A stretch of DNA of 64,000 bases from Squalus acanthias (lineage: Eukaryota): NCBI GenBank assembly GCA_030390025.1, contig CM059438.1:59770001-59834000 (forward strand), in the 5' to 3' direction. Made by a program: the position numbers and the translations under genes. Below, one piece after another: positions 11,383 through 23,300 of the stretch (its first letter is position 1; the number at the start of each line of letters is the position of its first letter). The notes under the pieces are model-generated. The model was not told the DNA's origin. It did not search any database and worked only from the letters and a program-made list of their open reading frames with translations.

Positions 11383-12606
11383 GTTCTTTTTAATTATTAT
11401 TTATTAAATATTAAAAACATTTACAACATCGTGATCATTCCATTGTATCATACAAATCCATTCCACCGCTCTGCACAGCCATTCCTCCATCACATGTTAA
11501 CATCGAAACCTGAAGTTTAATTTGTCTCCCATAACATATACTAATCTATTGTACTTTAAAAATTGATCAGTAATCATGGCTCCGAATAAGGGAAGTGTGC
11601 CTGATAATCCCCCCATCATTTAATCTCCGGCCCTTCCCTTCTCTCAGGCTCCTTCCCAACATTTCGGGCAGCTGCTGCTTTCTCCTGCAGCCTCCGGCTC
11701 TTCTTCACCTCCTGTTTGAACCTTCCCTGCAGTTTCAGCCTCTTCCTTACATTAGGTTTGGGCCGAGGAGCTGCCCCTTCTCCCTCCTTCTGTCCCTTTC
11801 CACACGATGCCACCCCACCCCCACTGCCATGTCTCTGTCCCCCTCTGACTCCTCACTCTCGAGCTCTTCTGTAACCTCCCGTCCCTGCTCCCCGTCAGAT
11901 ATATAATCTCCCTTGGAGAGTCTTCCTGCAATCACGGTTTCTCCAACAGTGCCGCTCCCTTCGGCCTCAGCTCCACCGCTGACCCTTGCTCCCCGCTTCT
12001 TCTCTCTCTCGGACAATGGCGCATCTGCACCTATCTTGCTCCCTTCTGGCATCTTTGTCTGCCCGCTCCCATCCTGCTGCCCCTTTAAAGCCCCTGCCTC
12101 TTGCACCCTCTCCTTGTCTTGTCCCCTCCTGCTCCCCGAGATGTCCGACTCCCCGTCTTTCTTTGGAGTACTTACACTTACCCCACACCACTCCCGCCTG
12201 CTCTCCCCCTGCAGACACCAGATTCTTTAGGGAGAGCCGAGCCGTATTATGGCTCGACTCTGCCCTCGACCTGTGCTGCCCGCTGCTGTCTTTGTCCTTT
12301 TCCACCGTACTCGGTGTGTTTTCCACCATTTCCATCCTGTTCTCTTCTCCGCAATTTTCTGCCTCTTCCTGCGCTCTTTTCTCCTTCCATTCACCGGCTG
12401 TGTCCTCCGCCTGCTCCGCTCCTCCGGCCGCTCCACGCACACCTCCTGCTCCTTCTCCCATCTCCTCGTCACTCAAGGGGCTTCCTTCTGCCACACACTC
12501 ACAGCGGGTGGGGCCATTGTGACACACCCCACAGCACTCCGCCTTGCAGCTCCGAGCGATGTGTCCAGACTCACCGCAGTTATAACAGTACAAGTCTGGA
12601 CAGCTT

Positions 12607-13891
12607 TGTAAGACGTGCGGGATTACCCCTCGCCCCATCCAACAGGTTCTAGAGTTCGGACTTGAGACTTATGAGAAATTACACCAGACACACGGGTTCT
12701 GTCTTTAACCTTTTATTGTTCCTAAGACAGATTCAAAACCCCAACCACTATTCGAGCAGTCCACCAATAATATTACAAGAAATCATACATACAACCACCC
12801 GCCGATGATCGGTCCAGCGTTGATTGTAGGTCCTCGTACACGGAAAGACTGGCCAGGCCCCTCCTTCCTCTGACTGCAGCCCGATCCTCGTAGGCAAGAT
12901 GACTGGCCAAGCCACCTTCTTCTGACTGCAGTGCTGATTTTCTTTAGCCACCGTGTTTTATACAGCTTTCCTTGTCTTTTGTATTGAATCATTCATTCAG
13001 AGATAGTGAAATGTTCCTTTAATGTTGGTCTGAGCTGTTTTGAGCTGTCAAACGTTTACACTCACACATCCTGTGTGGCCATTATTCAGTTTGTCCTTAT
13101 CACAGCCCAAAATTGTTCATTCACTCCTAAAGTTTACAAAGGTGGCAGAAAACCACTTGGTTCAGTTCATGAGTTACGTCGTATTCTGCATTTCAAAACT
13201 TCAAAGATTTGACTTCTCACCTCAGAAAAGTCACCAGAGACACCATGTCTACAATCCAAGGTCACATTGTCCGCATGCCCGATACGAGACTCCCAAAACA
13301 AGCGCTCTACTCGGAGTTCCGGCACGGCGGGAGAGCCCCAGGTGGGCAGAGGAAACGCTTCAAGGACACCCTCAAAGCCTCCTTGAAAAAGTGTAACATC
13401 CCCACCGACACCTGGGAATCCCTGGCCCAAGACCGCACAAAGTGGAGGAGAAGCATCCGGGAAGGCGGCGAACACCTCGAGTCTCTTCGCCGGGAGCAAG
13501 TGGAAGCCAAGCGCAAACAGCGGAAGGAGCGCACGTCAACCCAAGCACCCCACCCACCCCACCCGCCCCTTCAACCACCGTCTGCCCCACCTGTGACAGA
13601 GACTGTAGGTCCCGCATTGGACTCATCAATCACCTGAGAACTCATTGTTAGTGTGGAAGCAAGTCATCCTCGGTTCCGAGGGACTGCCTAAGAAGAAGAA
13701 GACAATCCGAGGGGGTTTGTTTATCTCTTGTTGACTATCACTACCCCCTGCAGTCACAACCATGTTTCCTGCCTTATCAGTGAAAGACTGCTTGTTACAT
13801 TCACCAATTTTATTTCACTTTGTAAAACCGTTTTGCCTGGCAAAGCATTTCAAGAAATATTAAAATTAAGGGTCTGTATATACTTTCTACA
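12607..13891 (-). mobile_element. Solo LTR (Gypsy/ERV-type)
   Basis: TGTA...TACA termini and a 4-bp TSD GCTT (12603-12606, 13892-13895). Minus-strand TATAAA at 12957-12962 and AATAAA at 12712-12717. Excision restores the host ORF1 frame. Confidence 0.75.
13262..13701 (+). mobile_element. RTE-clade LINE 3' end
   Basis: Encodes GHIVRMPDTRLPKQALYSE...GGQRKRFKDTLKASLKKC. (AAG)n tail. TSD ACAATCC(A/G)AGG at 13251-13261 / 13702-13712. Confidence 0.85.
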
Positions 13892-14680
13892 GCTTCTTAC
13901 AAGATGGTCGTGTCCGAGACAATAATAACAAACCTTCACCTGGTTATCATGCATTACTCGGAAGTACTGCACCCCTTCCATTGTCTCAAATTTCAAGCTA
14001 TACGGCAATGACTTCAGCCCCTCTGGGAACCGCACCTTTACATAACGGGTTCCATCTGCTACCTGCGTTCCTGGACAGTATCTCCTCTTTATTGCTGATC
14101 AAATTGTAATGTCCCACGACTCCAACTTTTTTATGAGCACATCGTCCTCAATATAAACCGGCAGGTTTAAGAATGAGACCATCACCTCTTTAGAATATAG
14201 CAGAGTTACCTCCAAGAACTTATCTCCAACCTTCAAACTCAGTAAAAAGTCTTTCCACCTCCTCTCGGCCACTGACCGTCACCTTGAACCCAACATTCGA
14301 CTTTGGTCGGCAGGCAAAGCAGCTTCCCTCGCCACAGTCCTCATGTACCGCCTGGATAATATCCCAAGCTCGTATCTCCTTATCCTCACACTGAACCACC
14401 ACCATGTTTTCTTTTCCAAACCTCCTCGGCTCCCGGCCAAATCTTTGGGCCTTTTTTTTTCCCTTCCCCCAACATTTTCTCCCCTGATTAAATTCATCTT
14501 GGGAACACTGTCCTCTGAGGGGCCCGGAGTGCTGGGCCCCTCAGCGGCCATCTGGTTGCTGTTTAAGGACCAAAATGGCCCAAAAAGCTGAAAAACAAAT
14601 CCCACCACCAACTTTTTACAAACTCACCCCAACTCCCTGCAGTAATGAAGCAGCCAGCAGCACCTCGCCCCTCTCACCTA

Positions 14681-14712
14681 GAGAATGCCACCCACCGAGC
14701 CCCAGCTGACAC
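14681..14712 (-). mobile_element. tRNA-derived SINE head, extreme 5' part including the A-box
   Basis: Reverse complement GTGTCAGCTGGGGCTCGGTGGGTGGCATTCTC matches the SINE start at 10417-10448. Confidence 0.7.
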
Positions 14713-15544
14713 CTTCATTACTGCGCTTCAATCAAGCTGATCGAGCACTTGTATGTGTTTTTATGCGTTACAGTGAGGCCCCCCCTATCTGGCCGTGGCC
14801 CTCAGGCCCGTACACCTGTCGTCCCATAGGCCTGTAGTCCCTTAGGCCCATCGGATGGTAGGCCTGTGCTTTAATCCGCATTCGCAATTTATAAGCCTCA
14901 AAGCACCGGGGAGCCACGACAGCCCAGCTCGATGGGGCTGTCTGTGTTGTGTAGCTCGCATCCTGTGGTACTGCTTCCTGCGTGAAGCTGCTCAGAGGAT
15001 GTCTGACTGCATTATTAACACAGCTATACCTTCTTCAGACACTACTGCTGTTCGAGTGGGTAAACACACAACCCCTGCAGCTAGTCTTCAGCCAATCAGC
15101 GTTTAATTTTCAGTGGTTAAAGTGTGTTGAGAAATTCTGCCTTGCTGTTGCAGTTCTTGCCTCAACCAGTCTCTTATAGAACCTCCTCTTCAATTGATTT
15201 TTTTTCTGTTTCATTTCCCCCTTCCAAATCTGCAGGATTCGTAGGAGGTACCTTGTGAGCATGCTCCAGTTATTCAGGTCTGATCAGTTCTGTGCTCTTT
15301 CATGTGACTCCTCAGCGTCAGACTGTTAGAAACACAGACTTCAAGACCTGCACCCTGCGAGCACAGGTAAGCCACAAGTAACTTGTACTTTATCCTGTCT
15401 TTTTGAAATTTGAAGTCAATCTACCTGTTTGGGGTATTGGGATGTATTAATAGAACCATTTGGCACAGATCAAAGGACACCATTCTGTCATTATGCAGAT
15501 CGTTGGTCCAGCCACATCTGGAGTACTTCGCCCACACATGGTAA

Positions 15545-15800
15545 AGGGTTCGGAGGAGAGCTACGAGAATGATCCCGAGTTTAGTTACTCAGATAGGCTT
15601 AAGGAGCGGGATCTGTTTACTTCAGAGCAGTGTAGACTTAGAGGAAACTTGATAGAGGTGCACAATATAAAGAAAGGGCTAGATTCAGTGCCCAGTGACG
15701 GATTATTTCAACTTGACTGAGTGGGGAGGATTAGGGGACTTGAGTTTAAACTACACAGAAGAATTCGGTCAATCCAGAGAGGCTTCAATTTTCCTTTATT
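15545..15800 (+). mobile_element. Degraded CR1 3' ORF2 fragment
   Basis: Encodes YSDRLKERDLFTSEQCRLRGNLIEVHNIKKG. Confidence 0.65.
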
Positions 15801-16429
15801 ATGGAGCAGATCTTTCTTTTCGTCTCCTGTGTCAATGAAGTTACAGGCTGTCACCTGTCTTTCCAGACACAGGTTCTTCTTTTCCCAGTGAGTAGTGAGC
15901 CTCTGGAATATACTGCCGGCTGTGTGTGGTGGGTGCTGACTCTCTGCCTTCAAGAGGGAGCCGGACCGGTTCCTGACTGGGGCAGAGATCCCATCATACA
16001 GAAGGTCAGTGTCTTTACAGATGACACTTGGTCCAAGTCATCTCCTGAGAGGGTCAGAGAGGAATTTTCCTGATTTTTCTCCCCCTTATTGGTCCTGGGT
16101 TTGTTTCTGTTTTCTTGCCTCTCCTGGGAGATGACATGGCTGCCGGGGGGTGGGGGGGAGAGGGGGCGGGAGGTGAGGAAGTATCTGGTCACGATGCTCC
16201 AGCCATTATGGGTGCGGGCCAGGCTCGATGGATCGGCTGGTCTTTTCCTGCCCGTCATGTTTGTATGTTCTGCCGAATGGAATGTTTGCTGGTGCCTCTG
16301 CCCTGAGCCTTGCTGCTCTGTTCCTGCTGCAGGGCAGCTGCTTTCATTGTCACACGCCATGCTGTCAAAACTCCCACAGGCCCTGCCATGAACCCCCCAC
16401 ACCCCCACTCCTGCTGCCATGATGGAGCG

Positions 16430-19400
16430 ATTCAAATCGGGGATGCGCACGATCCGGAATTTGAAGAGCGCAGAAATCTCGGAGGGTTGTTGGACTGGAA
16501 GAGGTTTCAGAGATAGGGAGGGGCGAGGCCATGGAGGGATTTGAAAACAAGGATGAGAGTTTTAAATTTGAAGTGTTGGTGGACCGGGAGCCACTGTCGG
16601 TCAGCGAGCACAGGGGTGATGGGTGAACGGGACTTGGTGTGAGTTAGGACACGGGCAGCAGAGGGTTTTTTTGTGCTTAAATTTATGGAGGGTGGAAGAT
16701 GGGAGGCCGGCCAGGAGTGCATTGGAATAGTCAAGACTAGAGGTAACAAAGGCATGGATGAGGGTTTCTGCAGTAGATTAGCTGAGGTGGGGCGGAGACG
16801 GGCGACGTTACGGAGTTCGTAATAGGTTCAGTCTTAGAGATAGTGCAGAAATGGTCGGAAGCACATCTCGAGGTCAAATACGACACCAGTGTTGTGAACA
16901 GTCTGGTTCAGCCTCAGACAGATGCTAGGGAGAGGGATGGAGTTGGTGGATTGGGAACAGAGTTTGTGGCGGGCACCGAAGACAATGGCTTCGGTCTTCC
17001 TGATATTTATTTGGTAAAATGTTCTGCTCATCCAGTACTGGCTGTCGGACAAGCAGCATGACAATTTAGAGGCTGTGGAGGAGTCGAGAGAAGTGAGGAT
17101 GAGGTAGAGTTGGGTGTCATCAGCGTACACATGGAACCTGATGTTGTGCTTTCGGTGTCACTGAGGGGCAGCTTGTAGATGAGAAATAGGAGGGGGCCAA
17201 GGATAGGTCTTTGGGGGGCCCCAGAGGTAATGGTGCGAGAGTGGGAAGAGAAGACATTGCAGGTGATTTTCTGACTATGACTGGATAGATAAGAATGGAA
17301 CCAGGCGAGTACAGTCCCACCCAGCTGGACGACGGTAGAGAGGTGTTGGAGAAGGATGGAGTGGTCAACCATGTCAAAGGCTGCAGACAGGTCGAGAAGG
17401 ATGAGAAGGGACAGCTTACCTTTGACACAGTCACAAAGGATGTCATTTGTGACTTTGATGAGAGCCGTTTCGGTACTGTGGCAAAGGCGGAAACAGGATT
17501 GGAGGGATTCAAACATGGAGTTCCGGGAAAGATGGGCACGGATTTGGGAGGCCACAACACATTCAAGGACTTTGGAGAGGAAAGGGAGGTTGGAGATGGG
17601 GCGGTAGTTTGCAAGGACGGAGGGGTCAAGGGTTGTTTTTTTTGAGGAGAGGGGTGATGATGGCAGATTTGAAGGAGAGGGGGACGGTACCTGAGGAGAG
17701 TGAACCGTTAACAATGTCAGCTAACATGGGAGTCAGAAAAGGAAGTTGGGTGGTCAGCAGTTTAATGGGAATAGGGTCAAGGGAGCAAGAAGTGGGTCTC
17801 ATGGACAAGATGAGCATGGAGAGGTAATGGGGGGAGATCGGAGAGAAACTGGAGAAAGATGCGAGTTCTGAGCTAGGGCGGGGGGAACCTTAGAGGAAGT
17901 TTGGCCCGGTGGGCTAGGGGGAGGAAGGGAAGTGGCAGAGGCAGCGGATCAGATGGTCTCAATCTTAGAGACAAAGAAGTCCATGAGCTCCTCGCACTTG
18001 TTGTTGGAGACGAGTGTGGAGGAGATGGGGAGAGGGGTTTAAGAAGATGGTTAGCAGTAGAGAATAATAGCCGGGGGTTATCTTTGCATTCCAGAATGAT
18101 CCTGGAATAGTGAGCAATTTTGGCAGACAAGAGTAGGACCCAATAATGCTTTATGTGGTCCAGCCAGATCTGGCGGTGAATGGCTAAACCAATTGTCCGC
18201 GATATCCATTCAAATCTGCGTCCCTTGGACATAAGACAGCGAAGATGAGGGCTATACCAGGGGGAACGGCCAGGGTGAGAGAGAGTAATGGTTTTAATAG
18301 GGACTAGGGCATCAAAGATAGTGGTGAGGGTGTGGTTGAGCAGATTGGTAAATGCAGAAATGTCATGGTGAATGGAGGGCCAAAGGCTGGACAGTTGGGA
18401 TTTCATAAGTGCAGTTGTAAGTGAGTTGGGAGAGTTTTTTCCAGGGGCGGACACAGAAGGAAGTAGGGTTGGTGGGGAGTGGGGCAATGGGGATGTGGGT
18501 GGAGAGCGATACAAGGAAGTAGTCAGAGATGGCCTGACTATATGCGATTGACACGATGGGAGTAACGAGGCCACAAGAGATGGCAAGGTCGAGGGGGTGG
18601 CTGTGAATATGGGTTGGGGAGTTTACATGGAGGGAGAGATTAAGGGAGGATAGGAGGCTAGTGAACTCAGAGGAGAGAGAGCATGATGAATTGAGATGGA
18701 GGTTGAAATCACCGAGGATGAGAAGTCACTTGGTGCAGAGGCTGAGGGAGGAGATCAGTGAAGATATCTCAGTAATAAAATTTTTATGGTACTTGGGTGG
18801 GCGGTCGAGAACAAGAATTTTAAATGAGAGGTGAGAGGGGTGGAACAAGGTGAGATGCTCAAAGGAGGAGAAGGTGCCATAAGAGTTGCCACAGGAAGAT
18901 CGGTGAGAGAGTAGGATGGGACAGTTGTGGTTGCTACTCATGAGCAGACAGCAATGAGTGCCACATTGGGCCCTTCGGAGGATGCCAAGAGAGGCACAGA
19001 GGGAAGCTGTAGGTTTATCTAAGACCAAGGTGTGATTTGGTGATGAGAGCCACACCACCACGACAGCCTGGTTGGGGCAAGTGGTGGAAGGTATAGCCAG
19101 GCGGGGAGGCTTCATTTAAGGGTAAGGTGTCATCACCCCTCAGCCAAGTTTCCGTCAGGGCCATGATGTCGATGCAATCATCCACGATAAACTCATGGAT
19201 GGCAAGGGGCTTGTTCACAAGTGAACGGACATTCTGGAGGGAGATGCGGAGAGGGGGCGCAGATGGCTGACCCACTGCCAGAGTCCAGAGGGTCAGCGCT
19301 GGGGGGGATGAGTTGGACGGGGAGGAGATTGGCAAGATTTGCCCCCCGTGGGAAGGTTGGCGAGAGAGTAGGAAGGGACAGTTGGGGTTGCTGGTTGTAA

Positions 19401-19760
19401 GGCAACAGCGACGAGTGCCTTGGTGGGCCCTACGGTGGATGTCACGAGAGGCACAGAGGGAAGCTGTGGGCTTTCCTAAGAGGGAGTTAAGCCTGGGAGA
19501 GCAGCAGGAGAGTAGGAAGGTCGAAGAGTAATGAAGCACTGGGGTAGGGATTTGGGAGGGCAGTGTATCCGAAAGAGGAGAGATGAAAGGCGGCATGATG
19601 ACAGGAGAGAGTGGTCAGGGTGGGAGAGAAAAGAAAAAGGGGGAGAAAGAATTGGCTCGGGTCCTGAGCAGCAGCCAAAATGCATGCGCGAATGGACACA
19701 GGGGAAAAACTCAAGTTACATAGGCCTGGTTATGTAGCAATTATAGGGAGGCATATTTCC
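16430..19760 (-). mobile_element. Near full-length L2-type LINE ORF2 (endonuclease plus reverse transcriptase), disrupted
   Basis: Endonuclease motifs LQNVRSL, MALTETWL and GGVAL. RT motifs NYRPISNLPFLSKVLE, LLDLSAAFD, PQ..ILGP and YADD. C-terminal SPITPVLA. Many frameshifts; the 5' boundary is approximate. Confidence 0.9.
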
Positions 19761-20058
19761 TGGTAGTAACATGTTGGTGACAATAGTAGGGAATCCAGAG
19801 TTAAAATTGGAGGTCCCGTGGAGGAAAAAGTTGACGTAGGTAGGATGGAGTCAGCACAGAACATCGACGAACTGTTGTCCAAGTTCGGAGACAGGTGTAG
19901 CGGGCGAGTGAAATCCAAAAGCTATTTGAAGGGTAGAGAATTGTAGAATGGAGGTTATTGCCGCGGGAATGAGAATCGATTGCGTGCAGGAATATGATGG
20001 CGAAATAGCTCAGAAGCGGCGGAGAAAATGTAAAACCACAAGCCAGCGACTAACAAAG

Positions 20059-20347
20059 CTGAAGGAGAGGGGGACAGTACCTGAGGAGAGAGAACCGTTA
20101 ACAATGTCAGCTAACATAGGGCCCAGGAAGGGAAGTTGGGTGGTCAGCAGTTTAATGGGAATAGGGTTGAGGGAGCAGGAAGTGGGTCTCATGAACAGGA
20201 TGAGCATGGAGAGGTCAAGAGGGCAGATCGGAGAGAAACTGGGGAAAGATGTGAGTTCAGAGCTAGGGCGGGGGGGAACCTTGGAGGAAGTTTGGCCCAG
20301 TGGGCTAGGGGAAGGAAGGGAAGTGGCAAGAATGGAACCAGCCGAGT
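20059..20347 (-). mobile_element. L2 fragment abutting the 27-bp satellite
   Basis: Matches 17670-17938 (SCSLNPIPIKLLTTQLP), then a short piece matching 17291-17310. Confidence 0.8.
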
Positions 20348-23300
20348 GCCACAGGCCCCAGTCCCACAGGCCTCAGTCCCTCTCTAACTGCCACAGGCCC
20401 CAGCCTCTCTCTCATTGCCACAGGCCCCAGCCTCTATCTCACTGCCACAGACCCCAGTCTCTCTCTCATTGCCACAGGCCCCAGTCCCTCTCCCACTGCC
20501 ACAGGCCCCAGTCCCTCTCTCACTGCCACAGGCCCCAGCCTCTCTCTCACTGCCACAGGCCCCAGTCCCACAGGCCTCAGTCCCTCTCTCACTGTCACAG
20601 GCCCCAGTCCCAGTCCCACAGGCCCCAGTCCCTCTCCCACTGCCACAGGCCCCAGTCCCACAGGCCTCAGTCCCTCTCTCACTGTCACAGGCCCCAGTCC
20701 CAGTCCCACAGGCCTCAGTCCCTCTCTCATTGTCACAGGCCCCAGTCCCAGTCCCACAGGCCCCAGTCCCTCTCTCACTGCCACAGGCCCCAGTCCCACA
20801 GGCCTCAGTCCCTCTCTCACTGTCACAGGCCCCAGTCCCAGTCCCACAGGCCCCAGTCCCTCTCCCACTGCCACAGGCCCCAGTCCCACAGGCCTAATTC
20901 CCTCTCTCACTGTCACAGGCCCCAGTCCCAGTCCCACAGGCCCCAGTCCCTCTCTCACTGCCACAGGCCCCAGTCTCTCTCCCACTGCCACAGGCCCCAG
21001 TCCCTCTCTCACTGCCACAGGCCCCAGTCTCTCTCTCACTGCCACAGGCCCCAGTCCTTCTCTCAATGCCACAGGCCCCAGTTCCTCTCCCACTGCCACA
21101 GGCCCCAGCCTCTCTCTCACTGCCATGGCCCCAGTCTCTCTCTCACTGCCACAGGCCTCAGTCCCTCCCTCACTGCCACAGGCCCCAGTCCCTCTCTCAC
21201 TGCCACAGGCCCCAGTCCCTCTCTCACTGCCACAGGCCCCAGTCCCTCTCTCACTGCCACTGGCCTCAGCCCTCTGCCACAGGCCTCAGTCCCTCTCTCA
21301 CTGCCACAGGCCCCAGTCCCTCTCTCACTGCCACAGGCCTCCCTCCCTCTCTCACTGCCAAGGCCCCAGTCCCTATCTCACTGCCACAGGCCTCAATCCC
21401 TCTCTCACTGCCACATGCCCCAGTCTCTCTCTCACTGCCACAGGCCCCAGTCCCTCTCTCACTGCCACAGGCCCCAGTCCCTCTCTCACTGCCACAGGCC
21501 CCAGTCCCTATCTCACTGCCACAGGCCTCAGTCCCTCTCTCACTGCCACAGGCCCCAGTCCCTCTCTCACTGCCACAGGCCCCAGTTCCTCTCCCACTGC
21601 CACAGGCCCCAGTCCCTCTCTCACTGCCACAGGCCCCAGTCCCTCTCTCACTGCCACAGGCCCCAGTCCCTCTCTCACTGCCACAGGCCCCAGTCCCTCT
21701 CTCACTGCCACAGGCCTCCCTCCCTCTCTCCCTGCCAAGGCCCCAGTCCCTCTCTCACTGCCACAGGCCCCAGTCCCTCTCTCACTGCCACAGGCCTCAG
21801 TCCCTCTCTCACTGCCACAGGCCTCAGTCCCTCTCTCACTGCCACAGGCCCCAGTCCCTCTCTCACTGCCACAGGCCTCAGGCCCTCTCTCCCTGCCAAG
21901 GTCCCAGTCCCTCTCTCACTGCCACAGGCCCCAGTCCCTCTCTCACTGCCACAGGCCTCAGTCCCTCTCTCACTGCCACAGGCCCCAGTCCCTCTCTCAC
22001 TGCCACAGGCCTCAGTCCCTCTCTCACTGCCACAGGCCTCAGGCCCTCTCTCCCTGCCAAGGTCCCAGTCCCTCTCTCACTGCCACAGGCCCCAGACCCT
22101 CTCCACGGCCACAGGCCCCAGTGCCTCTCTCACTGCCACAGGCCCCAGTCCCTCTCCCACTGCCACAGGCCCCAGTCCCTCTCTCACTGCCACAGGCCCC
22201 AGCCTCTCTCTCACTGCCACAGGCCCCAGTCCCACAGGCCTCAGTCCCTCTCTCTGTCACAGGCCCCAGTCCCAGTCCCACAGGCCCCAATCCCTCTCCC
22301 ACTGCCACAGGCTCCAGTCCCACAGGCCTCAGTCCCTCTCTCACTGTCACAGGCCCCAGTCCCAGTCCCACAGGCCCCAGTCCCTCTCTCACTGCCACAG
22401 GCCCCAGTCCCACAGGCCTCAGTCCCTCTCTCTGTCACAGGCCCCAGTCCCAGTCCCACAGGCCCCAATCCCTCTCCCACTGCCACAGGCCCCAGTCCCA
22501 CAGGCCTCAGTCCCTCTCTCACTGTCACAGGCCCCAGTCCCAGTCCCACAGGCCTCAGTCCCTCTCTCATTGTCACAGGCCCCAGTCCCAGTCCCACAGG
22601 CCCCAGTCCCTCTCTCACTGCCACAGGCCCCAGTCCCACAGGCCTCAGTCCCTCTCTCACTGTCACAGGCCCCAGTCCCAGTCCCACAGGCCCCAGTCCC
22701 TCTCCCACTGCCACAGGCCCCAGTCCCACAGGCCTAATTCCCTCTCTCACTGTCACAGGCCCCAGTCCCAGTCCCACAGGCCCCAGTCCCTCTCCCACTG
22801 CCACAGGCCCCAGTCTCTCTCCCACAGCCACAGGCCCCAGTCCCTCTCTCACTGCCACAGGCCCCAGTCTCTCTCTCACTGCCACAGGCCCCAGTCCTTC
22901 TCTCACTGCCACAGGCCCCAGTTCCTCTCCCACTGCCACAGGCCACAGCCTCTCTCTCACTGCCAAGGCCCCAGTCTCTCTCTCACTGCCACAGCCTCAG
23001 TCCCTCCCTCACTGCCACAGGCCCCAGTCCCTCTCTCACTGCCACAGGTCCCAGTCCCTCTCTCACTGCCACAGGCCTCAATCCCTCTCTCACTGCCACA
23101 GGCCCCAGTCCCTCTCTCACTGCCACAGGCCCCAGTCCCTCTCTCACTGCCACTGGCCTCAGCCCTCTGCCACAGGCCCCAGTCCCTCTCTCACTGCCAC
23201 AGGCCATAGTCCCTCTCTCACTGCCACAGGCCTCCCTCCCTCTCTCACTGCCAAGGCCCCAGTCCCTCTCTCACTGCCACAGGCCTCAATCCCTCTCTCA

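Larger units (their letters stand above)
11383..14680 (-). mobile_element. Tx1/L1-group retroelement with a gag-like zinc-knuckle ORF1 only and a poly(A)-type 3' end, carrying nested insertions
   Basis: ATG at 14551. Encodes GTRYVKVRFP...SLPYSLKFET..G.QYFRVMHDNQVKVCYYCLGHDHLVRSC, which joins in frame to PDLYCYNCGESGHIARSC once the LTR is removed. AATAAA and an A-rich end at about 11385-11405. Degenerate 15-bp TSD at 11368-11382 / 14681-14695. Confidence 0.75.

Noticed and set aside
11967..14551. Host zinc-knuckle gene (ZCCHC3-like)
   Set aside because: Intronless, frameshifted, interrupted by an LTR, and bounded by a poly(A)-type end and TSD.
15316..15366. Possible 51-bp exon (ctcctcag ... 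CAG|gtaagc)
   Set aside because: Splice signals look good, but it has a stop in the phase-1 frame used by the CAP exons and no counterpart in module 2.
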